NCBI GenBank assembly: GCA_051883535.1
Contig: JBJETX010000079.1
Coordinates: forward strand, 1-52,649
Reading direction: 5' to 3'
DNA: 52,649 nucleotides
Origin: Christensenellales bacterium
GTDB lineage: Bacteria; Bacillota; Clostridia; Christensenellales; DTU072
The notes under the pieces were generated by a model. That model made no database searches. It saw only the letters and a list, made by a program, of their open reading frames with translations, and had not been told where the DNA came from. This document shows positions 9,001-15,478 of the stretch, piece by piece. The position numbers and the translations under genes were made by a program. Every line of letters starts with the position of its first letter. The first letter of the stretch is position 1.

Positions 9001-11984
9001 AGGTCGTCAAGCACGAATTTAACGCGGGAAATATCCTGATTGTCCGCGCTTTCCTTGTTGAAGAACGAACTCGACGCGTAGTCGATATTCTGCCTCGAAA
9101 CGACTCGTCTCGCCCCGAGTTCGAACAGATATATCGTTCCCGCAAGTATCATCGTTCCGTCGTCGAGAATAACGTTGTCCTTGTAAACGAGAAAGTCGTA
9201 TTTAAGCGGGTCGTATTCGTCCATATAGTCTTCGTAGAAGTACACGGGAAGTCTGTCGTGCAACGCGGTGTCGTACGGGCTGTTTCCCGTTATGTTGTCG
9301 AAGAATCCGACTTCGTACATAAGATACTGTTTTCTTATCGATTCAAGACCTTTTACGCGGTATTCGAACCCTGCGTCCACTTTGATATTACCGATAAGCC
9401 CGTTTACTCTGAACAGGTTCTGCAACGTTTCGTTGGAAGAAGTTATTTCGAGTTGTTCCGCCGCGGCGATAACGTACGCGTCCTTGCAGAGCGCGGTTAT
9501 GATACTCGTAAGCGACAGGTTGAAATCGTTGTCCGCAAAACTCGTCACGTCGTCCTCAATCGACGTTTCGTTGTTCATATACGCCGACATAGACGCCATG
9601 AACACGTCCTCTCGTATCTTTACCTTAGGTATAACCTGAGTTCCGTTTTTCGTAACGCACGCGATGTTGACCCAGACGTAACCGAGTTCGTCTTCTCTCG
9701 CCGGCAAATCCTTGTATACTTCGTTGTCGAAACATACGTCGTCCGACGCAAGTCCGATTATTATCGAACTTTCGCTTCCCGTCAGCCATACGGTGAGTTC
9801 GAACGCGCTCCTTCCCGCTTTTTTCAGCCGCCCGTCCGCATACTGATCCTTTACGAATTGGTCGTAAATAAGCGTAAACGACAGCCCCGCGTTCTGCGCA
9901 AGCACGTACGGCGTGTTAAGACCCGAACTCTCGCCGATGGTGGCGGACAGCAATTTACTTAAATCGACGGTCTCCTGCGAACTGAATATGAAATTACCCC
10001 TGAGCGTACCCGAATAGGTGTAAATCTCGCCCAAAGGTTTGAAGTTTGTGAAGTCTATCTCGGTAATCGAGACGTATTCGCCGAAATGTATGGGAATGAG
10101 TTCCAACCGGAAAATCATCGTCGAGGGTTCGCCCGGAACCACGCCGACGTTGGTATACATAATTATCGTGAATTCCTGCTTGTCGACGTCCCACGTAAGC
10201 GTGAAATACGTCTTTTCGAGCATTATCTCCGCGCTCGCTATGCCGAGCATAATGGCGATCTGATCCATCGTATACGGCATCATCGAGTCGAGAATGTTGA
10301 TAATCTGTCTCGTCGAATACGAACCCACGCCCGTTTCTTCGAGCATCTGTTTGACGAGTTCTATATCGAGTTGCAACGTTTCGCTGTTTATCGAGAATAT
10401 GTCGTCGGGGTCTTTCTCCGTGAAACTCGTCTTCGCCATAAGGTATTCGAGAACTTTGTTCTCTTTGTCCGACGACGCCGGGTTCAGTATGGAGTCCACT
10501 ATGGAAACGATTACGTTGTTCACCATCCGGAAGAACTTACCGAGCACTTCGGCAAGGTCGAGATGTTCGTCGTATACCTGCGGGAACCCGAGGGATTCGA
10601 CGTCCACCCAGCCGTACATATACGCCATACCCGATATGTCGAGCCACGCCCTCTCTTCGCGGTAGTACAGACCTATCATAAGTTCGCCGTTGGCTATGTC
10701 GCGGAATTCCATAAACACGTTGTTCGTGCTGTTGTCGTATTGCTGAATGTCCGTCTTGATTTCCGCGTCGAACTGCGCGTCCCACGCCGGAACGTAGAGC
10801 ATACCGTCGAACTCGTAGTTACCGTAATCGAACATCGTATAATACTGCGTGTCGAGCGTAAGCGTTTTGGGATACGTCCAGCCGTAGTCGAATTTTATGT
10901 TGGAAGTGTACGTGTAAAGAACGTCGTAACTGTTTACCACGCCGCCGAAAGCGAATTCCGCGTTCGTAAGAACGTTGGTAACCCCGCTCTTGTCCGGCGA
11001 TATTATCGCCCGCATGTCCGCGTTTATCGTCTGAATGAGCGCGTTCGCCACCGTACTGAATTTGAATCCGAGGAACTTATACGTCATCGGGTCCCATTTA
11101 CGCCCGAATACACCGAGCAGGTCGTAAATAAGTTCGTTCACGTTGCCCGCGATTGCGTCCAACGTAACGGAATAGAACAGCAGGCTTATAAGGTCGCCGT
11201 TCACCACTCGCTTGTAGTTTTCGCCGACAAGGCTGGTCAGGGTCGAGTTAATCGAACTCGTTCCCGCGTCTCCCTGCAAACCGAGAGATTCGAGCAATCC
11301 TTCGACGGAGAGATTTACGAGAAGTCTCACGAGTTGCTGATAAATAACCGTGTCGCCGAAATCGGGGAAACTGCGCTTGTAACCCTGTACGTTCATATAC
11401 AGAATATTCCCGGGGTTGTCCGCGTTGCTGTTGAGTCCGTCGAAGTACAGACCTATAAGAACCTCGTTGGTCGCGCCGTTGTACCATTCGATGCAGATAT
11501 CGGATTTCTTTATCGCTTCGTTATGAATTTCCAACGCGCTTACGAGCGTTCTCGTACCTTCTTCGTTATTCTCGTCGTAATATTTTCCGTTTTCGTAATA
11601 TTTGTAGATGGGGTTTCCTTCCTCGTCCTCGTAAGGATAGGTATAGAGATAAGCCTGAACGCGGAGAGCGAAGTTGCCGGCGGTATTGTCGCTCGGATCG
11701 AGAATATCGATGTCGAAATCCACGCCCATATAGTAACCGCTGTCCACGAAAGACTCGCTGTCGAGATATTTACGCAAAGCGGTAATGGACTCGGTGAATT
11801 CGTCTACGGCTTCCTCGTTGGTCGTATGGTCTTTGTTGTAATAGTTTCCCTGATTGTCGTTTATGTAGTAGGTGGAATCTCTGACGGGATCCTCCAGTTC
11901 GCACGCCGAAAGCACGACGGAAAACATCAGCGCCGCCAGCACGCACATCAGGAATTTTTTGAAAAGACCGTTTTTCGTACCCAT
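1..11984 (-). CDS. giant predicted lipoprotein, N-terminal >=3994 codons (3' end lies beyond the left edge)
   Basis: Absent from the ORF track because there is no in-window stop. I reverse-translated by hand the frame whose codon low coordinates are 0 mod 3, at 11984-11460, 6000-6059, 3060-3180 and 3-600. All four stretches give ordinary protein with no stops. N-terminus is MGTKNGLFKKFLMCVLAALMFSVVLSAC/ELEDP, a signal peptide with an LSAC lipobox. GGGGAGG lies 9 nt upstream of the ATG at 11984-11982. No other minus ORF of this frame is listed in 1-11984. The three long + ORFs here are in exact antisense register and are R/V/F-rich. Confidence 0.8.
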   Translation of the reverse strand, partial: MGTKNGLFKKFLMCVLAALMFSVVLSACELEDPVRDSTYYINDNQGNYYNKDHTTNEEAVDEFTESITALRKYLDSESFVDSGYYMGVDFDIDILDPSDNTAGNFALRVQAYLYTYPYEDEEGNPIYKYYENGKYYDENNEEGTRTLVSALEIHNEAIKKSDICIEWYNGATNEVLIGLYFDGLNSNADNPGNILYMNVQGYKRSFPDFGDTVIYQQLVRLLVNLSVEGLLESLGLQGDAGTSSINSTLTSLVGENYKRVVNGDLISLLFYSVTLDAIAGNVNELIYDLLGVFGRKWDPMTYKFLGFKFSTVANALIQTINADMRAIISPDKSGVTNVLTNAEFAFGGVVNSYDVLYTYTSNIKFDYGWTYPKTLTLDTQYYTMFDYGNYEFDGMLYVPAWDAQFDAEIKTDIQQYDNSTNNVFMEFRDIANGELMIGLYYREERAWLDISGMAYMYGWVDVESLGFPQVYDEHLDLAEVLGKFFRMVNNVIVSIVDSILNPASSDKENKVLEYLMAKTSFTEKDPDDIFSINSETLQLDIELVKQMLEETGVGSYSTRQIINILDSMMPYTMDQIAIMLGIASAEIMLEKTYFTLTWDVDKQEFTIIMYTNVGVVPGEPSTMIFRLELIPIHFGEYVSITEIDFTNFKPLGEIYTYSGTLRGNFIFSSQETVDLSKLLSATIGESSGLNTPYVLAQNAGLSFTLIYDQFVKDQYADGRLKKAGRSAFELTVWLTGSESSIIIGLASDDVCFDNEVYKDLPAREDELGYVWVNIACVTKNGTQVIPKVKIREDVFMASMSAYMNNETSIEDDVTSFADNDFNLSLTSIITALCKDAYVIAAAEQLEITSSNETLQNLFRVNGLIGNIKVDAGFEYRVKGLESIRKQYLMYEVGFFDNITGNSPYDTALHDRLPVYFYEDYMDEYDPLKYDFLVYKDNVILDDGTMILAGTIYLFELGARRVVSRQNIDYASSSFFNKESADNQDISRVKFVLDDLILDPTKERSKENMLVYENEGRYYYRTYYGKQRQVREEYIEVGDDGTVYVYWAGINEVVFHDEGASYYFFDRNRAVEDENGDHAYISVSTDRDLLFEYDPDSIKITEDCKTQYAPRTNGSFMGEVRRYFITFESLDSGELGKIETLYYDESSGYPQYYSKADEEYVVEVYDDDGVLISSTKTPISLYVMEPCEPLRESVEVNVKTDSTTTQLKNFNARFVIDWNLASADKKGYMTVTEVIVAPGMMGEITFPVRIIVVNREIDTDDYVSVYTTEEEVASRAPVVDEISVDPYDYAIAKYAYLSDTANFNPAILHSREDVASAYAEAVKAFSAAYFSQAKFAFSIQFAWQQSYLYANDVGNTYIARSYDNYADGVLTRYDWSYDICEKGNNVETSVSPLGGTIYLHTYFRGQLIALRVNIGKREFSHLKFYDTDEFSPESYNAGNGATDTYVNGVYRGNYYDESTYEIESRPIFVFTDGINEYEYVFDMQIVRGLLKNGDGTYSGAYDIDDSYRVKWGNPAIINVTSKGSSYGEYAYSYLYKENEYTDLEQRYDALGETLRAKKVKIFRTDKTVTEDYLYVKTADGRVKVRNNWTYSELGTVLSASELRGTVFTVEYGSGEATKYKSDRVGNAMIRDTDVEGETTAYNRPFYYFYLRSNPDVPVHLTEEEYELYVAGDAETRAKYGFNTDNPDQITTAGLDLYYLFRLYFSLDNELYAISTLSNGIIDPDHLNDQAVGITDFSLIELRIVADCPQLDVDVVGPETDRLTGETFVMNKVDAGDEGALGYYKVDPLNAETLYLPDSLKIYFRYEGFVSAHTFGNLSWCAYFDAAGNPVYTYYDSEKGAYVPIIEVVTDASGKTRYKVAIDVEELTEELIFRAMVKIGNATSGYREITVAVRILSKDPTNVDFYVNSTGEKLETPATITEVVSGSSMTKLTYYTYYANTFENFRLPDRLVATFSDGHTQIYIPTWRPAKTGADFIFEPNTVMTLVTTIGTDGGVTVDIYLVVVVENYELNKMEVSNEFSSYYVTIKSENGEVLDRKVTVGSLFKLDGKEIGYYYQSTSAYYIHISTGADEDGDTPGGEIGLYTLDAETGRYVWRRSVGVYEFITSLYSRATLSLNKYETDMASQKIINDEASVFDHSILMRRGTATLTVSIREAATVKYEFRPAEGNADVMTVELKYIDPGTGVEYTAAVNENGLLTISYGESAARNISYAELAAYIIGEDMAEKYVDWRVVSVNGVTTDANGAPFGSASLLSAYVSYHSEEKKVEIDSSLGLRDGGEIELKNSLNRTVTMSYREIVYRLTNYYRYLRVSEGTTRTVANKNISIKNLYEIMDVNDMLVRPRDSGDPMPDGKYVVALGTGTGSYDLRAKLVFTGGYYLTQDSRGTETVKVTVYTAGGAAQYSDGYIMGNSVSATVTAIVNDGTNNTRKFNYNRNATDEKLSEWYVEVMSGGNPTNIDGINAGDVISFIPAEAIYATGKNRQITISALTSEGFRIKRTIVFEELPVSMNDGFSGGNPSASFADTGTFAVSDGLITVDNVYDFTNPGVVEYLGGTKYLPSTINVSVNGRTINVSGVKWKINPVWYGAPDSVLSGLTYKGTTGKYVMATAEILGCTDSAGNRFGTTAISLYVQIKSAEVVLLPWETDDRGNGLATETLESGGKRVYRVYIDAYADTDAVRKGAIKTDDDGRHYLELPTDLLASYTSGETFSFSGVRYVYGGTREVTKIYFDARGIDVEAMTSSSGDLSGISVGLLNERELKLTVELGLEQNLDIRFYFHNKRPKETEGIVYYTEYLIDDSKVLYADLPESERAKKVGTTDKYLFVEGEDGYAKAANLLYYYEPYYEDGQQVRYNLLSDEQKNAVIEGTEVKLYTVGTSGYAQKASLIYNDALAVIDIDDAAIRNAIYEEKRSDFTAYQSSLLTGVNLIRVETNLKNVIAAAQEIRSGIRLSIENISITPDVGTTAASVSEKLLAWTTEIAFRGIYDESALPARRAYDEDESYNYALDKLKAAAIALAYYDGENAGSYVTSILSIIRGSGSNTAKEKSINEKIAAYFDEFVQSGYNAAIRGCVEKEYERMFAVELDGMTDEEYNDAIGYKNMIEAGFDADAVIADVYKLRSLEKSGVSAEFAAKQIDVADAEEIGFGFLPEYVDYTVGGRKVNYSELSAADKAATVKYGDGTALPVYRSGSAGQAQKLTNKYTYEELAYAAIVQAILEAYDYADATVVAGDADAAAIKETVIGLFESRLDLNKHRFGGTAYGGVKAETYTFDAFVKNYAYNRTAAGLTKKVMRAYLVNAVREAMDFTAFTGGDMARWNEYEGLFGNVIRYSYNAITNYATTINSLRRSLVSGAAVTDVLRNLIIAGIKSFTETVYAEAEYMGTIKNMQEINGQIIEVGRYGASGYSLDRFAALLDANLAEYFIEPYYSYRAVPHRILVFFSGDDRTDDESGKPYETEIAWSVDGVTGNVSYAGITGTLSGTLGSGVTGESVVIHMAAIAERRVLADEDKSVTTEYIEDGLAYAADGTYDGKLTSDGLYYMYKARSGYVYYYAYDATLATPSDYEANGKIAYTLKYEDRFGNKEMSEFSGYDAQRTVVYTFANEYGESGKLVRQSLYVYNPFEFSQADDMPAGIIVGGQMMTVRWNNVGIQPTGNITTVTDGSKQVVKGRIESDAGQEVEMSVFVAKWSYAGFYRRTDAASGTIFEAEGEQRRFVYMNPLGFYFSAYTPYSAEDYYLVAFAVRIIMPDPVTGEKGVKRIIFEEDASGAFVGIKVQDKEEGFVRKLFYPEDSRLFEYGTDDDTMAAVNARKRYVIYWEALQKNRVVNNQLSQQSGCLVYLGNADVGQFTLDGLKEQSDSTAPTKATYSCERMTISEIAFVTLDGLFVEVNGNTATFVCEETGINYVLNLNNLSFVCNKCGHTHTATGTTELTLACGTVGCESYGRKVMYDTVAGTAKCDDEVCRLYEEIKDVLLAQSGQAAVVVSPDGYLPTTGDVNLREN

Positions 11985-12040
11985 CAAGAAGTACCTCCCC
12001 GAGAAAAAAGAGCATAGTATACCCTTTTTGCTTTGTAAAT

Positions 12041-12069
12041 ATTATATATATTTTCTCCTTGCCTGTCAA
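12041..12069 (-). promoter_or_regulatory. sigma-70 promoter of the giant lipoprotein gene
   Basis: The minus strand reads TTGACA-17 nt-TATAAT, a perfect consensus. The -35 is 12069-12064 and the -10 is 12046-12041. This leaves a leader of about 50 nt with a GGGGAGG RBS. Confidence 0.7.
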
Positions 12070-12179
12070 GACGTGTATGCGCAATTAAGTTTTATTTATA
12101 TATAAATTATAAAACCCGCGCCCGTCGCGTTCCCGACCTGCGTTTTTTACGAAATCCCTTTTCCCGAAAGCGTTTTCGT

Positions 12180-12208
12180 TTGCTTTTTGCGGCGCGTTAT
12201 GTTAAACT
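12180..12208 (+). promoter_or_regulatory. candidate extended -10 promoter of ecfA1 (leaderless geometry)
   Basis: TTGCTT (12180-12185), a 17-nt spacer, then TGtTAAACT (-10 at 12203-12208). The ATG at 12216 follows after 7 nt, and there is no Shine-Dalgarno. Confidence 0.45.
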
Positions 12209-12215
12209 CTCAACT

Positions 12216-13049
12216 ATGGCGTCGATAATCGAAATAAATGACGTGTCTTTTTCTTACAAGACCGACGAATCTCTTGCCGTGGGCGTTAAAAACGTCTCCC
12301 TCTCCGTTGAAGAAGGGGAATTTTTCGTGTTGCTCGGGCATAACGGCAGCGGAAAAAGCACGCTCGCAAAACTTATAAACGGCTTCATTTCCCCCGACGA
12401 AGGGAAAATCACGGTCGCAGACATCGACGTCTCCGACGAAAACCGCGTTTTCGACCTGCGTTCCACCGTCGGTATGGTTTTTCAGAACCCCGACAATCAG
12501 ATGGTCGCGTCCATAATCGAAGACGATATCGCTTTCGGTTGCGAAAATCTCGGCGTTCCGCCCGAAGAAATCCGCCGCCGCGTGGACTGGGCGTTGGAAA
12601 CCGTCGGTATGTCCGACCGCAAAGACGGAACTCCTTTCAAACTGAGCGGAGGGCAGAAACAGCGCGTGGCAATAGCCGCGATTCTCGCCATGCTCCCCAA
12701 AGTCCTCATTCTCGACGAAAGCACCTCTATGCTCGACCCCGAGGGCAGGAAAGAAGTTCTCGACACCGTACGCACCCTTAACAAGGAACACGGTATGACG
12801 GTAATACTCATCACCCACTATATGGACGAAGCCGTCTCCGCCGACAGAATAGGCGTTATGAACGGAGGCGAACTCTTTCTTACAGGTTCTCCGAACGAAG
12901 TGTTCGGGAACCCGAAAGTCCTTAAAGAAGCAAGATTGGAACTTCCTTTCGCGACGGCGGTCGCATACGAACTCGCCGCAAAAGGCATTCCCGTCGGAGT
13001 CTGTCTCGACGACGACGCGCTCACGGAGGAACTATGCCGATTGTCGTAG
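12216..13049 (+). CDS. ecfA1: ECF transporter ATPase component EcfA1
   Basis: Track ORF is 12180-13049. Motifs: Walker A GHNGSGKST, signature LSGGQKQR, Walker B LILDEST. It is the first of two tandem ABC ATPases followed by ecfT. I prefer ATG 12216 (MASIIEINDVSF) over TTG 12180. Confidence 0.9.
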   Translation: MASIIEINDVSFSYKTDESLAVGVKNVSLSVEEGEFFVLLGHNGSGKSTLAKLINGFISPDEGKITVADIDVSDENRVFDLRSTVGMVFQNPDNQMVASIIEDDIAFGCENLGVPPEEIRRRVDWALETVGMSDRKDGTPFKLSGGQKQRVAIAAILAMLPKVLILDESTSMLDPEGRKEVLDTVRTLNKEHGMTVILITHYMDEAVSADRIGVMNGGELFLTGSPNEVFGNPKVLKEARLELPFATAVAYELAAKGIPVGVCLDDDALTEELCRLS

Positions 13050-13900
13050 AAAATCTCTCGTTTACTTACGGCAAAAAGTCGCCGTTTGAAAAAAAGGCTC
13101 TCGACGGAGTGTCTTTTTCGGTCAGCGACGGCGAATTCGTCGGCATCGTCGGCAGCACGGGAAGCGGCAAAAGCACTCTTATTCAGCATCTCAACGGACT
13201 TATAAAACTGACCGACGGCAAGATAGTCGTCGACGATATCGATCTCACGGCGCGCAAGCCCGATCTTCAGAAACTCCGTAAAAAAATCGGTATGCTTTTC
13301 CAATACCCCGAGTATCAGTTGTTCGCCGAAACCGTTCTCGAAGACGTTAAATTCGGTCCGCGCAATTTCGGTATGAGCGACGAAGAAGCGACTCGGAACG
13401 CGGAAAACGCGTTGCGCATGGTCGGACTCGATTTCGACGCGATAAAGGAACGCTCTCCGATAGAACTCAGCGGCGGAGAGAAGCGTCGCGTAGCCGTCGC
13501 CGGCGTTCTGTCGTATAATCCCGACTTTTTAATTCTCGACGAACCGACCGCCGGGCTCGACCCCGCGGGCAAACGCGATATGCTCGACCTGCTTACCTCC
13601 CTCCGTTCTTCGGGCGCGGTGAAAACCGTAATAATGGTAAGCCACAATATGGATGAAATAGCCGAATACGCCGACCGCATAATCGCAATGTCGGCAGGCA
13701 GGATAATCTGCGACTCCACCCCGGAAAAATTCTTTTACGACTCGTACGACGAAAGCATCGGACTCGCTCTTCCGCACGCCGTTTCCGTCACGCAAAAACT
13801 CGCTTCCCGCGGCGTGGTTCTTCCCTGCCGACCGTTGACGCGCAGACAACTCACGGAATGCCTGTCCGCCTTTTTTGCGGGAAAAGGAGGGAAAGCGTGA
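13034..13900 (+). CDS. ecfA2: ECF transporter ATPase component EcfA2
   Basis: Motifs: Walker A GSTGSGKST, signature LSGGEKRR, Walker B LILDEPTAGLD. It overlaps ecfA1 by 16 nt. Confidence 0.9.
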   Translation: MPIVVENLSFTYGKKSPFEKKALDGVSFSVSDGEFVGIVGSTGSGKSTLIQHLNGLIKLTDGKIVVDDIDLTARKPDLQKLRKKIGMLFQYPEYQLFAETVLEDVKFGPRNFGMSDEEATRNAENALRMVGLDFDAIKERSPIELSGGEKRRVAVAGVLSYNPDFLILDEPTAGLDPAGKRDMLDLLTSLRSSGAVKTVIMVSHNMDEIAEYADRIIAMSAGRIICDSTPEKFFYDSYDESIGLALPHAVSVTQKLASRGVVLPCRPLTRRQLTECLSAFFAGKGGKA

Positions 13901-14712
13901 ACAGAGAAATCGTTTTCGGGCAGTACTATCCGGCGTCCTCTTTTATCCACAAACTCGACCCGAGAATAAAACTTTTCGCCGTCCTCGTCTTTATCGTGGC
14001 GGTCTTCCTCTGCGACACCTTCTACGCTTACGCGGCGTGCTACGCTTTTCTGTTAATCGTAATTTTGGTATCCCGAGTCCCGATTTTAAGCGTCCTGAAA
14101 ACCGTAAAAGCGATATTGTTTATTATTATTCTTACGGCGATTATAAACGTATTTTTCTATAAGGACGGAAACGTCCTCTGGGAGTGGAAGTTCCTGAGAA
14201 TAACCGACGGCGGTCTGATTTACGCCGCGAAGATGGCTCTTCGCATTATCTTCCTCGTCGTATCCACGTCCATGCTTACGTTTACTTCCACCCCGATGGC
14301 TCTCACCGACGGAATGGAAAGTCTGATGAAACCTCTTGCTTTTCTTCGTTTCCCCGTGCACGACGTCGCGGTTATTATGAGTACCGCGCTGCGCTTCATT
14401 CCCACCCTTATGGAAGAAGTCAACAAAATAATAATGGCGCAGAAAGCGCGCGGCGCGCATTTCGACACGGGCGGTTTGTTCAAGCGCGCGAAAGCGCTTC
14501 TGCCCGTTCTCATTCCTCTTTTCGTATCCACGTTCCGCAGGGCGGACGAACTCGCGATGGCTCTCGACGCGCGTTGTTACAACGCTACGCCGCACCGCAC
14601 GAAAATGAAACCTCTGCGTTTTTCTTACCGCGATTTAATCGCGTTTATCGCGCTTGCCGCGTTTATGACGCTCATCGTGCTTCTCAAACTCGGCTTTTTC
14701 GGTCTTATCTGA
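13897..14712 (+). CDS. ecfT: ECF transporter transmembrane component EcfT
   Basis: Track ORF is 13858-14712. The product is polytopic. FIHKLDPRIK and AQKARGA motifs are typical of EcfT/CbiQ. GTG 13897 overlaps the ecfA2 stop as GTGA. Confidence 0.85.
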   Translation: MNREIVFGQYYPASSFIHKLDPRIKLFAVLVFIVAVFLCDTFYAYAACYAFLLIVILVSRVPILSVLKTVKAILFIIILTAIINVFFYKDGNVLWEWKFLRITDGGLIYAAKMALRIIFLVVSTSMLTFTSTPMALTDGMESLMKPLAFLRFPVHDVAVIMSTALRFIPTLMEEVNKIIMAQKARGAHFDTGGLFKRAKALLPVLIPLFVSTFRRADELAMALDARCYNATPHRTKMKPLRFSYRDLIAFIALAAFMTLIVLLKLGFFGLI

Positions 14713-14728
14713 CGGCGGCGGTGTCGAT

Positions 14729-15478
14729 ATGAGAGTGATGATAACCGTAGAATACGACGGCACGGATTTTTGCGGATGGCAGATCCAACCCGAAAAAAGA
14801 AGCGTTCAGGGGGTTTTGCAGGAGGCTCTTTCTTCCGTTCTCGGCGAACCCGTGGTTCTTCACGGAAGCGGCAGAACGGACGCCGGCGTTCACGCCGTCG
14901 GGCAAACCGCGCATTTCGATATTTCCCGCGATTTTCCCTTAAACAAACTCGCCCTCGCCGTCAACACGCGCCTTCCGCGCGACGTAAGCGTAAAAACTGC
15001 CGTCGAAGCGGACGACGATTTCGAGGCGCAATATTCCGCCAAGAAAAAAACTTACCGTTACGACTTTTATTTATCGCGCGTTTCCCGCCCTCTTTCCGAC
15101 CGCTACGCGGCGCGGGTTCCGTATTCGGCGGAAAATTTCGACGTAAACAAAGCAAAAGACGCTCTTTCGTTTATAGAGGGAACTCACGATTTCGCGGCGT
15201 TTTCCAACACGGGACGCCCGGTAAAATCTTCGGTACGCACGATTTATTCCGCGTCGATAACCGACCGCGGAAACGGCGCGTATTCGATTGTTCTGACGGG
15301 AAACGGATTTTTATACAATATGGTCAGAGTAATTACCGGAACGGTAGTCGAGGTCGCGCTGTCGACAAGACCCGTTTCCGACGTGAAAAAAGCCCTCGAA
15401 ACGGGCTTACGGTCTTTCTGCGGAAAGACGTTCCCGCCGCAAGGGCTTACGCTCGTATCCGTCGATTACGACGTCTGA
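14729..15478 (+). CDS. truA: tRNA pseudouridine(38-40) synthase TruA
   Basis: Motifs VEYDGTDFCGWQIQP and GSGRTDAGVHA. It follows ecfT, as in the conserved Firmicute cluster. Confidence 0.9.
   Translation: MRVMITVEYDGTDFCGWQIQPEKRSVQGVLQEALSSVLGEPVVLHGSGRTDAGVHAVGQTAHFDISRDFPLNKLALAVNTRLPRDVSVKTAVEADDDFEAQYSAKKKTYRYDFYLSRVSRPLSDRYAARVPYSAENFDVNKAKDALSFIEGTHDFAAFSNTGRPVKSSVRTIYSASITDRGNGAYSIVLTGNGFLYNMVRVITGTVVEVALSTRPVSDVKKALETGLRSFCGKTFPPQGLTLVSVDYDV

Noticed and set aside
237-12017. Three very long + strand ORFs (237-3098, 953 aa; 3660-9962, 2100 aa; 10086-12017, 643 aa) that dominate the ORF track
   Set aside because: Their products are Arg/Val/Phe/Tyr-rich with no motifs, RBS or promoter. 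All three share one frame that is the exact antisense codon register of a minus-strand frame with a proper promoter, RBS, lipoprotein signal peptide and normal composition. They are shadow ORFs caused by the lack of TTA, CTA and TCA codons in the real gene.
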